The notes under the pieces were generated by a model. That model was given only the letters and a program-made list of their open reading frames with translations, made no database searches and was not told the origin of the DNA. A stretch of DNA of 64,000 nt from positions 12,338,001-12,402,000 of the forward strand of contig NC_042999.1 in assembly GCF_006345805.1 (NCBI RefSeq). The letters run 5' to 3'. Within the stretch, counting starts at the first letter, position 1. Each line of letters opens with the position of its first letter. The DNA comes from Octopus sinensis. Taxonomy: Eukaryota. Below are positions 23,998-36,960 of the stretch, piece after piece. A program made the position numbers and the translations under genes.

Positions 23998-24594
23998 ATA
24001 ACCAAAAAATAAGCAACAAGAATGGATCAGTAGTTTAGTACAATTGTTTCATACTATAAACATTTTATTAAAGCTGCAAATATTACAGCAAATATAATGT
24101 CAAGTACTCTTCAGCTAAATTTCATATAGGTTTTCCAAACATCTTAGAGAGTGTAAATATCCTTATAAAGTTATAGAAGTGAGTTCCAGGAACTTGAAGT
24201 AAGATTCCAAGCAGACTATATATGTTTTCCAACAATACAAAGTTATTAAATTAATTATCGACATCTCAGAGAAGATAAATCTACTCATAAAACTACTCAT
24301 CTCTGAGATGTCAATAATTAATTTAATAACTTTGTATTGTTGGAAAACATATATAGTCTGCTTGGAATCTTACTTCAAGTTCCTGGAACTCACTTCTATA
24401 ACTTTATAAGGATATTTACACTCTCTAAGATGTTTGGAAAACCTATATGAAATTTAGCTGAAGAGTACTTGACATTATATTTGCTGTAATATTTGCAGCT
24501 TTAATAAAATGTTAATAATAATAAATGTATGAAATGTATGAAACAATTGTACTAAACTACTGATCCATTCTTGTTGCTTTTTTCTTGGGTATAT
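23998..24594. repeat. Palindrome with ~275-bp near-identical arms and ~27-bp spacer
   Basis: 23998-24272 is the reverse complement of 24300-24594; the right arm has a short AAT-rich insertion. Confidence 0.92.
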
Positions 24595-24770
24595 ATATAT
24601 ATATATATACAATCCAAGGACTGAGGTGTAGGAAGGAAGTTAGCTTCAAGCAATCTGTAGTAAATATAAAAAACAACTTTCAGGGACAATGGTGATTTAA
24701 TGAGACGGAAGATAAGCTGGAAAAAGTTCTTTTTATATTTCATGATGGGCAACCAAGGTTGCCAGGTATG

Positions 24771-24778
24771 CGAATATA

Positions 24779-24835
<57 letters not shown>

Positions 24836-24902
24836 GATGATGATGAAAAATATACATACATACCCACACACATACATACATACACACACACACACATATA
24901 TA

Positions 24903-24946
<44 letters not shown>

Positions 24947-24992
24947 GATGATGATGAAAAATATACATACATACCCACACACATACATACAT

Positions 24993-25055
<63 letters not shown>
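24771..25055. repeat. Compound microsatellite block, duplicated ((GT)(AT)n-GATGAT-(CA)n unit twice), then (AAT)n
   Basis: Direct reading; it generates the YI/HT-repeat pseudo-ORFs in the track. Confidence 0.85.
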
Positions 25056-25057
<2 letters not shown>

Positions 25058-25639
25058 GAGTAAATAATTCCTATAATGGTTTTTTAAAAAAAACCAACAA
25101 TTATTTACTGGTAGAATTCGGTATGTAAATATAGCCGATTAACGGTAGGAACTTCTGTAAAGTTCAGTATATATATTGTATATAAATAAATGGGGCAGGC
25201 AACAGGTTGCTTGGCCGCATACCTAAAAATTAGAAATAGCAGTCAAGACTGTTTATTTCTATTTTCTACAAGTGGGACTCCACATACGACATATCCCTAT
25301 AATTCACATATGCAAAAACAGACTATATATATATATATGCACATATACATGTGTGTTTGTGTGCTCCTTTGGCTTAACATCATGTGATGGTTGTAAACAA
25401 ATGTCACCATCATTAAAGTGATGTCATTCATTTGCAATCTGCCATGGAAAGCATGTCTAGCTTTGGGAAACACTCAGAAACAAGTGCTGGCAATAAGAAA
25501 GGAGTCTGGCTGTAGAAAGTCATAAAAAAGTGGGCAATAACATGATGATGATGACAACAATGACGATGACAAAAGCTTCAGAAAATATTAAAGAAAAAGA
25601 GAAATTATGAATTCTAGTCATTATATTCTCTGCATCTTA

Positions 25640-26460
25640 ATAGCCTCATTGTTTCTGTTTAATGGCTGAACATGTCCCACTCATTAATATGCTCATCGTT
25701 CTTGTAAAAACAATAGCTGATCAGACCAGTTATAACGGAGATCATGAATGCAGCCTGTCCCACCACTATGTACACACATGCAAATACATGTTTGGTCACT
25801 TTAGACAAACAAAGCCTCCAGCCCTAACAATGTCTCTTGAAAAGCACCTTCAAACAGTCCACTCTGAACTTATCCTCTGCCCTCTTCAAATTTTACTGTT
25901 TATCTCCCTCTCCTCCCTACAAAAATTTATCCTAGTCTTTGGAAATATGTTATATAAGGTCCTATGTTTCGTGGAAAGTAACCTGTCTGACCACATCCAA
26001 CTATCAACCAATCACTCTGACTTTTCAACATCTCAAAGATAATGAAAACAAGTCAATAGTAATTGCCTTTTCCAACCTTTTGAGTCTCTTTGCTTTCTCG
26101 AGAATCAGTAGTTCTGCAGATTTAGATCTACAATGAATCTACTTTTCTCTGTCATTCATCAACAGGTTCTCACTCTTGAGAAATTCTTTCTCAGCAATGT
26201 CAGCACAACATTTCATGTGTCTGGTATAAAAACTGCCAACTGTGGGTAGAATCCCTATCTTGTCTCTTGGGCTAGAAAATTCCTGCTAAACCATACCAAC
26301 ACTGTGTGCACTGATGGGACTCTCTTGAATGCAAACTCATTGGTTGCCTTGTGGTTTTATTATGTTTCCCCACACAAACATTTTAGCCTGCATGTTAATC
26401 ACCTACTTTTGCTTACCTCTAACTGTACTCTCTCCTATACAGATGATCGCACATTCCATC
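25640..26460 (+). mobile_element. Highly decayed LINE RT fragment (L2/CR1-group-like)
   Basis: Remnant motifs SNYQPITLTFQHLK and FRSTMNL, resembling NYRPISLT...GFR..ST of APE-type LINE RT. Confidence 0.4.
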
Positions 26461-26464
26461 ATCT

Positions 26465-26495
<31 letters not shown>

Positions 26496-26538
26496 CATCA
26501 TCACCATCACCAACACCACCACCACCACCACCACCATC

Positions 26539-26572
<34 letters not shown>

Positions 26573-27144
26573 TCGTTCAACGTCCGTTCTCCATGCTAGC
26601 ATGGGTTGGACAGTTCGACCAGGAGTCTGAGAAGCCAGGAGGCTGCACCAGGCCCAGTCTGATCTGGCAGTGTTTCTACAGCTGGATGCCCTTCCTAACG
26701 CAAACCACTCCGAGAGTGTAGTGAGTGCTTTTATGTGCCACCAGCATGAAGGCCAGTCAGGCGGTACTGAGTAGACTGGAGCAATATGAAATGAAGTGCC
26801 TTGTTTAGAAATTGAATCCATGACCTTGTGATCACAAATCTAATGCCCTAACTCCTAGACCACTGCTCTCATTGACACAAAGACAATATACCACTGCATA
26901 TATAGAAGAAATAACTTTGTATCTAATCTGTTCTAATCTAACACACAATTAAAAGCCTAAGCTTCATGCTTTCATTGACACAAGGACATATATTGCTGTA
27001 TATATGTATCTTGCCACAACATAACCCATAACAGCATTCTAAAGGTTAGCCTTTCTCTTTGAGTCAGAAAGTACTTCAACTTCGGCCAGTTGTTTTTTTA
27101 TACTTCTTTTATTTTTCAAAATTTAGATAAACAAAGTTCTTTTT

Positions 27145-28010
27145 TTAATCTAACATATACACTCCTTCATTTCCTACAATGCTCTTCCACCTATCTGGTA
27201 GACTTGCAAGGCCCCTCTTCCAAAATTTACTTGTCTGTGACAAAAAATACTCCTCCAGTACCGTTCTGACCTCGTTTACAGAATTCATATTTTTTTCGTC
27301 CAAATGATTTTGAAGACTACGGAATGAATGATAATCAAATGGGGCAATGTCTGGTGAATATGGTGGGTGGGGCATCATTTCCCATTCAAACTGCTCCAGC
27401 CTTTGGAATCTCTTCCTTGCCGTATGTGGCTGAGTATTATCCTGATGGAAGAAACCTTTCATCTTCAAACCAAATATGGTCGTTTTTCTTCTTGTGCTGA
27501 CTTAAGCTACTCAAGCTGCTTACAGTAGATCTCCTTTGTTATTGTTTGGATTTAAAAGTTCAAGGTGAACTAAACCTTTCATATCCCACCAAAAAGATAG
27601 CAACACCTTACATGGGTGAAGACCTTCTTTAGCCTGGGGAACTGGTGTCTCTCCTTTCCCTACCCACTGTTTTCAGTGCTTGACAGTTTTATAGAGAGCC
27701 CATTTCTCATCACCAGTCACTATTCAGTGGAAAAAAAGGTTCATTGGTGAGATGTGACAGCAAAGAAAAGGTCACGTTCACTCTTTGCATGCAATTAGAC
27801 TCAGAAAGTCTGTGAGGAACCCACTGACCCAATTTGCTGACTTCTCTGATGGTTGAATGACCAAATCCAAGCTTCTCTGCTAGTTCCTCAACAGTTATGA
27901 TGGGCTTTTGTTCCACTGGGGTTTGCAGGATGTCTTCATTGAGCTCTACAGATCTTCCAGGATGAGACTCATCTTCAAGGCTGTAGTTTCTGGCTCGGAA
28001 TCAAAACTTG
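27145..28010 (-). mobile_element. Mariner transposase pseudogene (DD34D), near full length, with stops and frameshifts
   Basis: SLEDESHPGRS...ITVEELAEKLG...WVPHRLS...VTGDEKW...WWDMKG...HQDN(34 aa)SPDIAPFDY...W..IV.NEG.Y; I counted 34 residues between the second and third D. Confidence 0.9.
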
Positions 28011-28584
28011 CACAAAGAATAAGGACAAGGTAAAATTACTACCTGCTTTTATAGTAAGTTTATGCAGGTAGTTTATCCTGTCCCCCTCTGGCTTTTAGCT
28101 CATGCAATTGAAAAAATCACATTATTTGTGGGATGGCCCAATACTTTCAATTTGTAGCTTACAGATTAACTGTTTTGTCATTCTACCTTTTCTACTGCTA
28201 CTACAATGGCCTCTGCTTCACAGAGCCAGCAAGTATATTCCTCCTTTCACAGCACACATTTTTTCCTCCTCCACTATTATATCTCATACCCTACGTCCAG
28301 CACTGACCTCTAGCATTACTCTCCATCAAACCCCTCCAAATCAACCCTGTGGATTTCTCTTCAAGCCTCTGTTTTCTTCTTGTAAACATCAAGAGATATC
28401 TAAACTAAACATCAACTGCATCAAACCTACCAGGTAATGGATATACCCCTTACTCTTGACTAAACTATAATTATGCTTTTTAAAAAATTCAGTTTGAACA
28501 GATTCGTAAACAGTGATTTATGAGGACTTACGACAATCCTATGGTTAATCTCACTACATTTTTTAGTATATAATAATCTTTAGT

Positions 28585-28830
28585 GCATGCAGTGCTCAGG
28601 TGTGTTACAACTGATCAGAAAAGGTTAAAGAGATGACAGAAAGCCAACATTTAAGAAAGGAAACGGAAATGAAAACTAGAAGTACGTTTACTGTAGACAG
28701 AATAAAACATAAAAACAGATAAAAGTGAACATGAAAAGAGTCCTAAAGATGGGCATGTCAGGAATAATGTTGGTGAATTTTGGGAAGCATGGGATTTTTG
28801 AAGGATGTAGTGTCCTGACAGCTAACATTT
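28585..28830 (-). mobile_element. CR1 3'-end fragment
   Basis: CAGTGCTCAGGTG..ACAAC and GGGAAGCATGG...GAAGGATGTAGTGTC match the 3' ends of the CR1 copies at ~39975-40090 and 56715-56920. Confidence 0.6.
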
Positions 28831-29189
28831 TCTTTATCACTACATTTGGTTTGTCTCTCTCTCTTCTTCTCTCCTCTCTCTCTTGCTTGCCCTCCCTCCC
28901 TCTCCTCCCTTCTCCCTCTCATCATTATAATTCTGATAAGTTAAAAAGTATTTCTAGTAATTCCTTTCAGCAGTTCATGACTCTCAGATAATCATCCTGT
29001 GAGTTTTAACACTCAAATCAATGATCTCTCAGCTCTAACTTTCTCTGATTAATTTAATAATAATAAAAAAAATACTTTGATTAATTTCTCTTAACATACA
29101 ACTAATTCATATTTTTGAGTGGATTTCCTTCCTTCTCTACACTCACCAACCATTTAAGCTAAATGCTGGTTGAACCAATAAGAGAAGCC

Positions 29190-30120
29190 ATTACATGCTG
29201 GCTCAATCTACAAGAAATGGCACCCTAGCCTTTTGATCTTGTAAAAACCATCCATGCCCTACCACCCCAAACACCACATTACACTTATAATGTGTAATAT
29301 AACAGAAATAATTTTGATTTCCAGTCCCCTCCCCCAATTTTCTAGAATATCTCCAAGAGTCTATTCTCTTTTCAGAACACTGTTCTGCATGATCTTTACA
29401 ACTAATGGAAATAGCAACTAAATCTCATTATCATCATGGCAAAAGGAAGGACACATTGAATAATTTAGGCTTGGGTTTGCTATTTCAGAAAAAAAAAAAA
29501 AAAAGCATGATTGGCATGGTTGGAATACTTTTGATCATAGGTCTTCCTTTTTGTAAAAGCCATCCATGCCTTCCCACCCAAACACCACATTACACTTATA
29601 ATAATACTTTTAACATTTTTCTATTCTTTCCACCAATTTTTATACCCCCCTAAACGGGTGAGGTGGGGTATATATTCTCCTTTGAAAACACTGCTTTACA
29701 TGGTCTCTCAACCTGATGGAAATAGCAGCCGCATTTCTCTATCATCTTCACAAAAGGGAGGACGCATCAAATAAAAAAGGCCAAGAGGGGAAAAAAGAAG
29801 AAATTGGCATGGTTTAAACATTTTTTATGATAAGTCTGCTTGATCTTGTGGAAAGAAAAAAAACACATCCCTGCCCTCCCCGTTGGAGACACCACCTGAC
29901 TCTTATAGTGTGTAATATAGGAATAATACTTTTAGCATTTTTATTCTCACGACCACTATAATATCCCCAAAAGGGTGTTACAGTCCCCTTGGGAAACACT
30001 ACTCTCATTAGTCTTTCAACTTGATAGATATACCAGACACATTTCCCTACCATTTTCACAAAAAGAAGGGCACATTGAATAATGGAGGCCTAGATACACT
30101 ATTCAGGAAAACAAAATGAG
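29190..30120. repeat. Three diverged tandem ~300-bp units of unknown origin
   Basis: Recurring blocks ccatccatgcc..aaacaccacattacacttata / aacact / atggaaatagca / ggacacattgaataa at ~29250, ~29560 and ~29870. Confidence 0.7.
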
Positions 30121-30516
30121 GAGTGGCTGTGTGGTAAGTCACTTGCTTACCAACCACATGGTTCCAAGTTCAGTCCCACTACGTGGCACCTTGGGCAAGT
30201 GTCTTCTACTATAGCCTCGGGCCAACCAAAGCCTTGTGAGTGGATTTGGTAGACGGAAACTGAAAGAAGCCTGTTGTATATATGTATATGTATATATATG
30301 TGTGTATGTGTTTGTATGTCTGTTTGTCCCCCACAACATCGCTTGACAACTGATGCTGGTGTGTTTACATCCCCGTAACTTAGTGGTTTGGCAAAAGAGC
30401 CCGATAGAATAAGTACTAGGCTTACAAAGAATAAGTCCTGGGGTCGATTTGATTGACTAAAGGTGGTGCTCCAGCATGGCCGCAGTCAAATGACTGAAAC
30501 AAGTAAAAGAGTAAAG
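30120..30516 (+). mobile_element. SINE family A, full-length copy
   Basis: Head GTGGCTGTGTGGTAAG..GTTCAGTCCCACT..CCTTGGGCAAGTG through to the tail GAAACAAGTAAAAGAGT. Confidence 0.9.
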
Positions 30517-30883
30517 AGAGGTGAACATGGTTGGGGCACTTTTGATTGTAAGTCTGCTAAGTTAGGATTGGCCTTGGGTTAAACAATAACCTAAGATGTA
30601 TTTAATGTTTATATGGCTGGACTTGTTAACGGAAGTAAGGAGATGGAAGCAGAGCATGGAAATTTCATTCTGTGATGAAAATATATTTTACAGGAAATCA
30701 TTAACAGTGCATGGATCCAATAATGATAAAACAGTTTCTAATTAAAAATAAATTTGTAGTTATATAAATTTTCTTGTTAATCTAAATTTACAGAATTACT
30801 TGCAGGCATGTCTGTGAAATATTTCAATGCAAGCTTTGGAAAATAGCATTTTAATTATATTGCTATATTAATTATATTGCTTA

Positions 30884-33343
30884 GTAGCTAAGGCAATTAG
30901 AAGCATGAAGACAGGGAAAGCCCCAGGCCCATCAGGTATCACTGCAGAGATGCTCAAAATATCTGGTAGTGTCGGCTATAGCCTAGTCACCTGTATAGTT
31001 AATCAGGTGATACATGAAGGAGTCATACCCAATGACTGGTGTAGCAGCATAATAGTCAACTGCTACAAAGGTAAAGGTGATGCCCTAGATACAAATAATT
31101 ACAGAGGTATCAAGCTGTTGGATCAGGTGATGAAGGTTACAGAGAGGGTCATAAGCCAACTAATTAGAGAGAGAGTTAGTTTAGATGAGATGCAGTTTGG
31201 TTTCGTGCCAGGGAAAAGTGCCACTGATGCTATATTCCTGGTAAGGCAGCTGCAGGAGAAATACCTAGCCAAAGATAAGCCCCTGTACCTGGCTTTTGTT
31301 GACATGGAGAAAGCCTTCGACAGGGTCCCCCGATCCCTCATATGGTGGTCAATGAGGAAACTAGGAATAGATGAATGGTTAGTGAGAGCTGTGCAAGCCA
31401 TGTACAGGGACGCTGCTAGTAAGGTGAGGGTTGGCAATGAGTACAGTGAAGAATTCCGGGTAGAGGTAGGGGTCCACCAAGGCTCAGTCCTCAGCCCCCT
31501 CCTATTTATCATAGTCCTCCAGGCAATAACGGAGGAATTCAAGGCAGGATGCCCCTGGGAGCTCCTCTATGCTGATGACCTTGCTCTAATTGCTGAGTCA
31601 TTATCAGAACTGGAGAAGATTTTCAGGTGTGGAAGCATGGTTTAGAATCGAAGGGCCTTAGAGTCAACCTAGCTAAAACCAAAGTCCTAATAAGTAGGAA
31701 GGTAGACAAATCACAAACGCCTTCAGGTAGATGGCCCTGCTCGATCTGTAGAAAAGGTGTAGGTAGAAACTCTATAAGATGCACCAAGTGTAAGCTATGG
31801 ACACATAAGAGGTGCAGCAATGTCATAGGAAGGCTAACTAGGAAGAAGGTTTTTGTATGTGGCAGGGAGCATTAACCTCTGAAAATCTGTAGAAAACAAC
31901 TTCCGTCACTTTCCAGGGGGAAAAACTAGAAGTAGTTGATAGCTTCCGTTATCTTGGTGACCAAGTCAGTAGTGGGGGTGGGTGTGCTGAAAGTGTAACG
32001 GCTAGAGTAAGAATAGCCTGGGCAAAGTTTAGGGAGCTCTTACCTCTGTTGGTGACTAAAGGCCTCTCGCTCAGAGTAAAAGGCAGACTGTATGATGCAT
32101 GTGTACGAACAGCCATGCTACATGGCAGTGAAACATGGGCCGTGACTGCTGAGGACATGCGTAAGCTCGCGAGAAATGAAGCTAGTATGCTCCGTTGGAT
32201 GTGTAATGTCAGTGTTCATAGTCGACAGAGTGTAAGTACCTTGAGAGAAAAGTTGGACCTAAGAGGAATCAGATGTTGTGTACAAGAGAGACGATTGCGC
32301 TGGTATGGTCATGTGGCGAGAATGGATGAAGATAGGTGTGTGAAAAAGTGCCACACCCTGGCAGTTGAGGGGACCTGTGGAAGAGGTAGACCCAGGAAAA
32401 CCTGGGTCGAGGTGGTGAAGCACAACCTTCGAACTCTAGGTCTCACCAAGGAAATGACCAGAGACCGAGACCTATGGAAGTATGCTGTGCGTGAGAAGAC
32501 CCTGCAAAACCAGTGAGAACAATCAAAATCAAATCATATATCAGAAAGCAGGGGTTAAGTGACCCATCCGTTCGTGTCCGTTGTCAGCCTCGTCTGGCAC
32601 CCGTGCCGGTGATACGTAAAAGCACCATTCGCTCATGGCCGTTTGCCAGCTCTGCCTGGCCCCGTGTCGGTGGCACGTAAAAGCACCATCCGTTCGAGTT
32701 CGTTGCCAGCCTCGCCTGGCCCCGTGCCGGTGACACGTAAAAGCACCGTCCGTTCGTGGCCGTTTGCCAGCTCTGTCTGGCCCCGTGTCGGTGGCACGTA
32801 AAAGCACCATCCGTTCGTGTCCGTTTGCCAGCTCTGTCTGGCCCCGTGTCAGTGACACGTAAAAGCACCATCCGCTCGTGGCCGTTTGCCAGCTCTGTCT
32901 GGCAACCGTGTCGGTGGCATGTAAAAGCACCATCCGTTCGCGTCCGTTGCCAGCCTCAGCTGGCCCCCGTGCCGGTGACACGTAAAAGCACCGTCCGTTC
33001 GTGGCCGTTTGCCAGCTCTGTCTGGCCCCGTGTCGGTGGCACGTAAAAGCACCATCCGTTCGTGTCCGTTGCCAGCATCACCTGGCCCCGTGCCGGTGAC
33101 ACGTAAAAGCACCATCTGTTCGTGGCCGTTCGCCAGCTCTGTCTGGCACCTGTGCAGGTGGCACGTAAAAAACACCCACTACACTCACGGAGTGGTTGGT
33201 GTTAGGAAGGGCATCCAGCCGTAGAAACACTGCCAGATCTGACTGGGCCTGACGAAGCCTTCCAGCTTCACAGACCCCAGTTGACCCGTCCAACCCATGC
33301 TAGCATGGAAAGCGGACGCTAAACGATGATGATGATGATGATG
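30884..33343 (+). mobile_element. 5'-truncated RTE-clade LINE (RT domain to 3' tail), frameshifted
   Basis: MKTGKAPGPSG...NYRGIKLL...QFGFVPGKS...FVDMEKAFDRV...VHQGSVLSPLLF...LLYADDL...CSICRK...GRPRKTW; 3'UTR with a minisatellite and a (GAT)n tail. Confidence 0.95.
32565..33165 (+). repeat. ~60-bp minisatellite, ~10 units, in the RTE 3'UTR
   Basis: Unit approx. GGCCCCGTGTCGGTGGCACGTAAAAGCACCATCCGTTCGTGGCCGTTTGCCAGCTCTGTCT. Confidence 0.9.
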
Positions 33344-34229
33344 AAGAATTCCATATTTGACTCAACACTGGAATTGTTCAGTTGTTGATAGAATTGTAAC
33401 TTTCCAAAGCTGGCTTTAAAAGCTGTTCTATTGCAGGAGGATATGGTCAATAACTGAAATACTAGCAGTTTTTTTATATGTTCTCCTGTGAATTTATCTG
33501 GACACGTCATCCTTGGGTCATTACATGCTTTATATCTTTGAACAATTAAATACCCCCATCCAGGCAACCCAGCCAGGGTTGATTAAGTCCCATGTTGTGT
33601 CCAATTAGTATTACCTCATCTGGTGCTCACATCTGATCCACAGCCATCTTGAAGTCTTTCAGTTACTGACTCCTGCAATACCCAGCAGGTTTTATGCTCT
33701 GCAGAGGGAAGGACTACAATTTCTTTCAAGCTTTGCTTTTGTGACCTGGACAGGAATTTTTGGAAACTGACCATTTTACCATAACAGTCCAGACAGATTC
33801 AGTGCTGAGTTGCTGAATCAGAAATATTGATACAGCAAATATTCTGCTCAATACCAGAGATTTGCATCTCAGTTGCTTGACCATGGCCCTTAATGGTTGA
33901 TAATATGTACATCTCCAATGATGGGCAGGAGGAGGTGGGAGGGATCATAGCCATGCCTTGGGAGGGATTCTTTGAGGTTTGAATAAATGTAACAAAAGAA
34001 ACATGTGAAGGAAATCTTAGCCATTTTTCATACTTTTTAGTGGCTAAGCAAATAGGAAATAACAGTTGATACCCAAGGTCAACAATCGTGTTACACAGTG
34101 TTATTGATCTTTTACTCCAGGAAGTAAATAATCTTAACCATGAAACAAAATCAAAGACATTATGAAGATTATTCTGCTAGAGTATGTCCTAAACAAGTCA
34201 GCAAGTTTGGTCTCTAGGCACTTTCTTAC

Positions 34230-35300
34230 GGCTTTCAGGAAGATTGGGTGCTAAAAATGCAGATGGCACCCTTCAGCCTTAGTTGAATTTCTGCAAAGAT
34301 GGGCTGGATGCTGAGTAGTGTCCTAGAATTTCACTGCATCACAGCTCACGTTTATCACCTCTTACTTGGACAGGTTGATCTCAAGCCCAAGGAGCTTTAG
34401 AATTGACTTCCTGGAGGTCTCCAACTATGGACTCAACCAAACCATCCAAGTTTGTGTCATCTAGGTACCAGACATTGAAGGGTGAGTAAAGTGATCAGGT
34501 AACATCATCAGTAGCCAATGCAAAAAGAAGTGTGCTGGATATCTGTGGAAGAAACAATCCTGTGTTCAGCAACCATCAGTGTGCTAGATGTCCATAGGAG
34601 AGGTATGCCAGTGGGGGTAACGAGAAAGCATGTCTTAGACACGTCTCCAAGATGTGGTCCCACCAAATGCTGTGGCTTCAGTAAGGTGATGGGGGAGGTG
34701 TATGCTGCATGTAGTGTTTGGCCATATGAGCAGCAGCCTCATAGCCACACTTGACTCCCATCCTCAGCAGGACAAGGATTTGTGCCATACCCAGACCATT
34801 CCTGGCTGATTTACATGCTATCCTGGCTGAAAGTTGTCAAAAAACTGTCGAATGGATGCCTCCATACTTTTTCTTCAGTGCAGTCTGGTTAGCAGAGGAG
34901 AGATGTCAGGCATGGCAGAGGAGGTTCACACAAAGAAGACTCTCAGTAAGAGAGTGATCAATTGGATCAAATGTGCCCCTGCTTCGGCAGAGTGTGACGA
35001 GATTAAATTTCTGAGGTGGATGGGTAGCAGGACATCTACTCTGCCACTGCTACTCACAGGAAAGGATCCCAGGACAATAGCCACATATTCACTGGACACA
35101 GTCAAGGCTGTGTCACTATCAGAGATTTGGAAATCCCTGATATCTCCTGGAGAGTCTGGATGCTTGACATGGAGGACATTCAAAACATCTGGTGTGGATT
35201 TGAACACTGCATCAAGTAAGGCCAGCATGTGCACTTAGTTTGTGATTGACCTGGATTCAGAGCCTTTTGGTACACTTGGAAGAGGCCTGCATGTGCAATG
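34230..35300 (-). mobile_element. Decayed CRE-clade-like non-LTR retrotransposon RT fragment
   Basis: Minus remnants TALKKKYGGIH...LSARIAC...MGVKCGYEAAAH...SPFNVWYLDDTNL. The GV..GCEAA.HA and WYLDD motifs are typical of CRE-type RTs. Confidence 0.55.
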
Positions 35301-36679
35301 TCAGCACTGGGGGCAGCCTGAGAGAAGAGAGAGAGGGTGGGGGGAGAGATGCCAACTGGTGAAGGGTCGCTGTGGAAGGTGACATTGCATCTAAGCCTCA
35401 ATGTCATGGAGGAACCAAACTCCCACCTGCAATTAGGATCCCAAGAACAAGCATCGCAAAACTGAATAACTTGTTCCAGTTTTTCAGGCTGTTAATACAG
35501 ACAACACTGGCATTTTGGCCACTTAAGTGTAGGCACCCTTGGGGTTCCTAATGATGATTCTTTGCAACTGCCTGAGATTTCAACCCCAAGATTTCATCCA
35601 AGCAGAACAGGGTCAAGTCCCAACCATGCCATAACTCTGTGTCTGTTTAAAGTGTTAAGTGAGATATCCCTCTACAGGAGGGTTAGACAGCCCAGGCAGT
35701 GGTACCAGTGCAGGAATCCTGAGGTGCATTGAGTGAGTTGCACACAAGAGAAGTGCAAGAAATTGTTAAAGTTTGAGGGTGGTGATCCTAAGATTTTACA
35801 CATATAAATACAACAAATATGTTATGTGTTTTGTACAGAAACTGAATGAATGAAATTGTTTCTTCTTAACATTCCTAAACATATTTTTTATGAAGCTTTC
35901 CAAAAGTACATTTTAAATGTCCAGATTATGACTGTGTGTGGGTGTGGTGTAATTACTGAAAAAACAGTTTTCAATGCATGATTATTAAGGAAATTTTCCA
36001 TAGATATGTTTTTGATGGCAAAAGACATGATTAAATTTCTTTTTAAATCTTACCAAGGCAATGGTACTTTTGTTGTAAGGAATTAGTAATATTGGTGGAC
36101 CCCCTCCCATGTGATGAGCGGAATAAGCCACTCACTATAAGTAAAGTGACGTTGGCCAGTATCAAGGTGAGTACATGCAGACTGTGTTGATAGTCGTGTC
36201 TGTGCTGATATAGTAATTATTCTATGATACTACTGAGTGGATGTAATAATGATCCAACCTTTTGAGGATAATAACCCTGTACAACTGGGGGTTATACAAT
36301 GCCAGATAGAAACATTCGATGGATGAATTTGGAATGTAACAATATCTGTCAGAGTGACAAAAGACTGATACAACAATGGTAAAAGACTGCTTTAGGGTGC
36401 AATAACTTTACACCCCAAAAAACAAATCTCTGGAAAATTTCACTTAAAAATGTGCATTTTAAAGGAAATTATAAGAAAACAAAGTTGAAGGGTCACACTT
36501 CAGAACAAAAGTATTATCCACCGATATTGTTTCTCTAAAAAAATAGTATTTATATTTTATCAACAGATTCTACCTTATCAAAAACATATATTTGAAAATT
36601 TCATTAAAATAAGCAAATTGTTAGATGCTTATTTCTAATGCTTAGCTGTAGGTCCACCACCTTTTCCTGGTTAATTTTT

Positions 36680-36960
36680 GCTCATGTCATCGTCTCAGGG
36701 TCACTTAGAGCTGCATTCATCACCTGGATGTGTTTGGTGACAGTGATGTCATTTGCATATGCAGACACAGGCCTTCCATATCTTAGTTTGTAAATAATTC
36801 TTCTCAAAGTTTCTATTTTCCACACTAGAGTTTTTAGAGTCAGCACATATAAAATATATGAGAAGGGACAATCTTGATGGGTTGAGGGCATGATACAAAA
36901 GGGCTCCGATAAGTTGCTATATTCCACTGACTACTGAGTAGATGTTGTACCTTGCAGCGA
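36680..36960 (-). mobile_element. Tx1/L1-like RT fragment (a second fragment at 45020-45400, minus strand)
   Basis: LSEPFCI..STHQDCPFS.ILYVLTL...VSAYANDIT; second copy ..DVDDTTLVVSD...KEY.AMAGVTINSNK..LWLG.W. Confidence 0.65.

Noticed and set aside
24450-24500. CTGAAGA hammerhead candidate in the 24-kb palindrome arms
   Set aside because: No GAAA core element follows.
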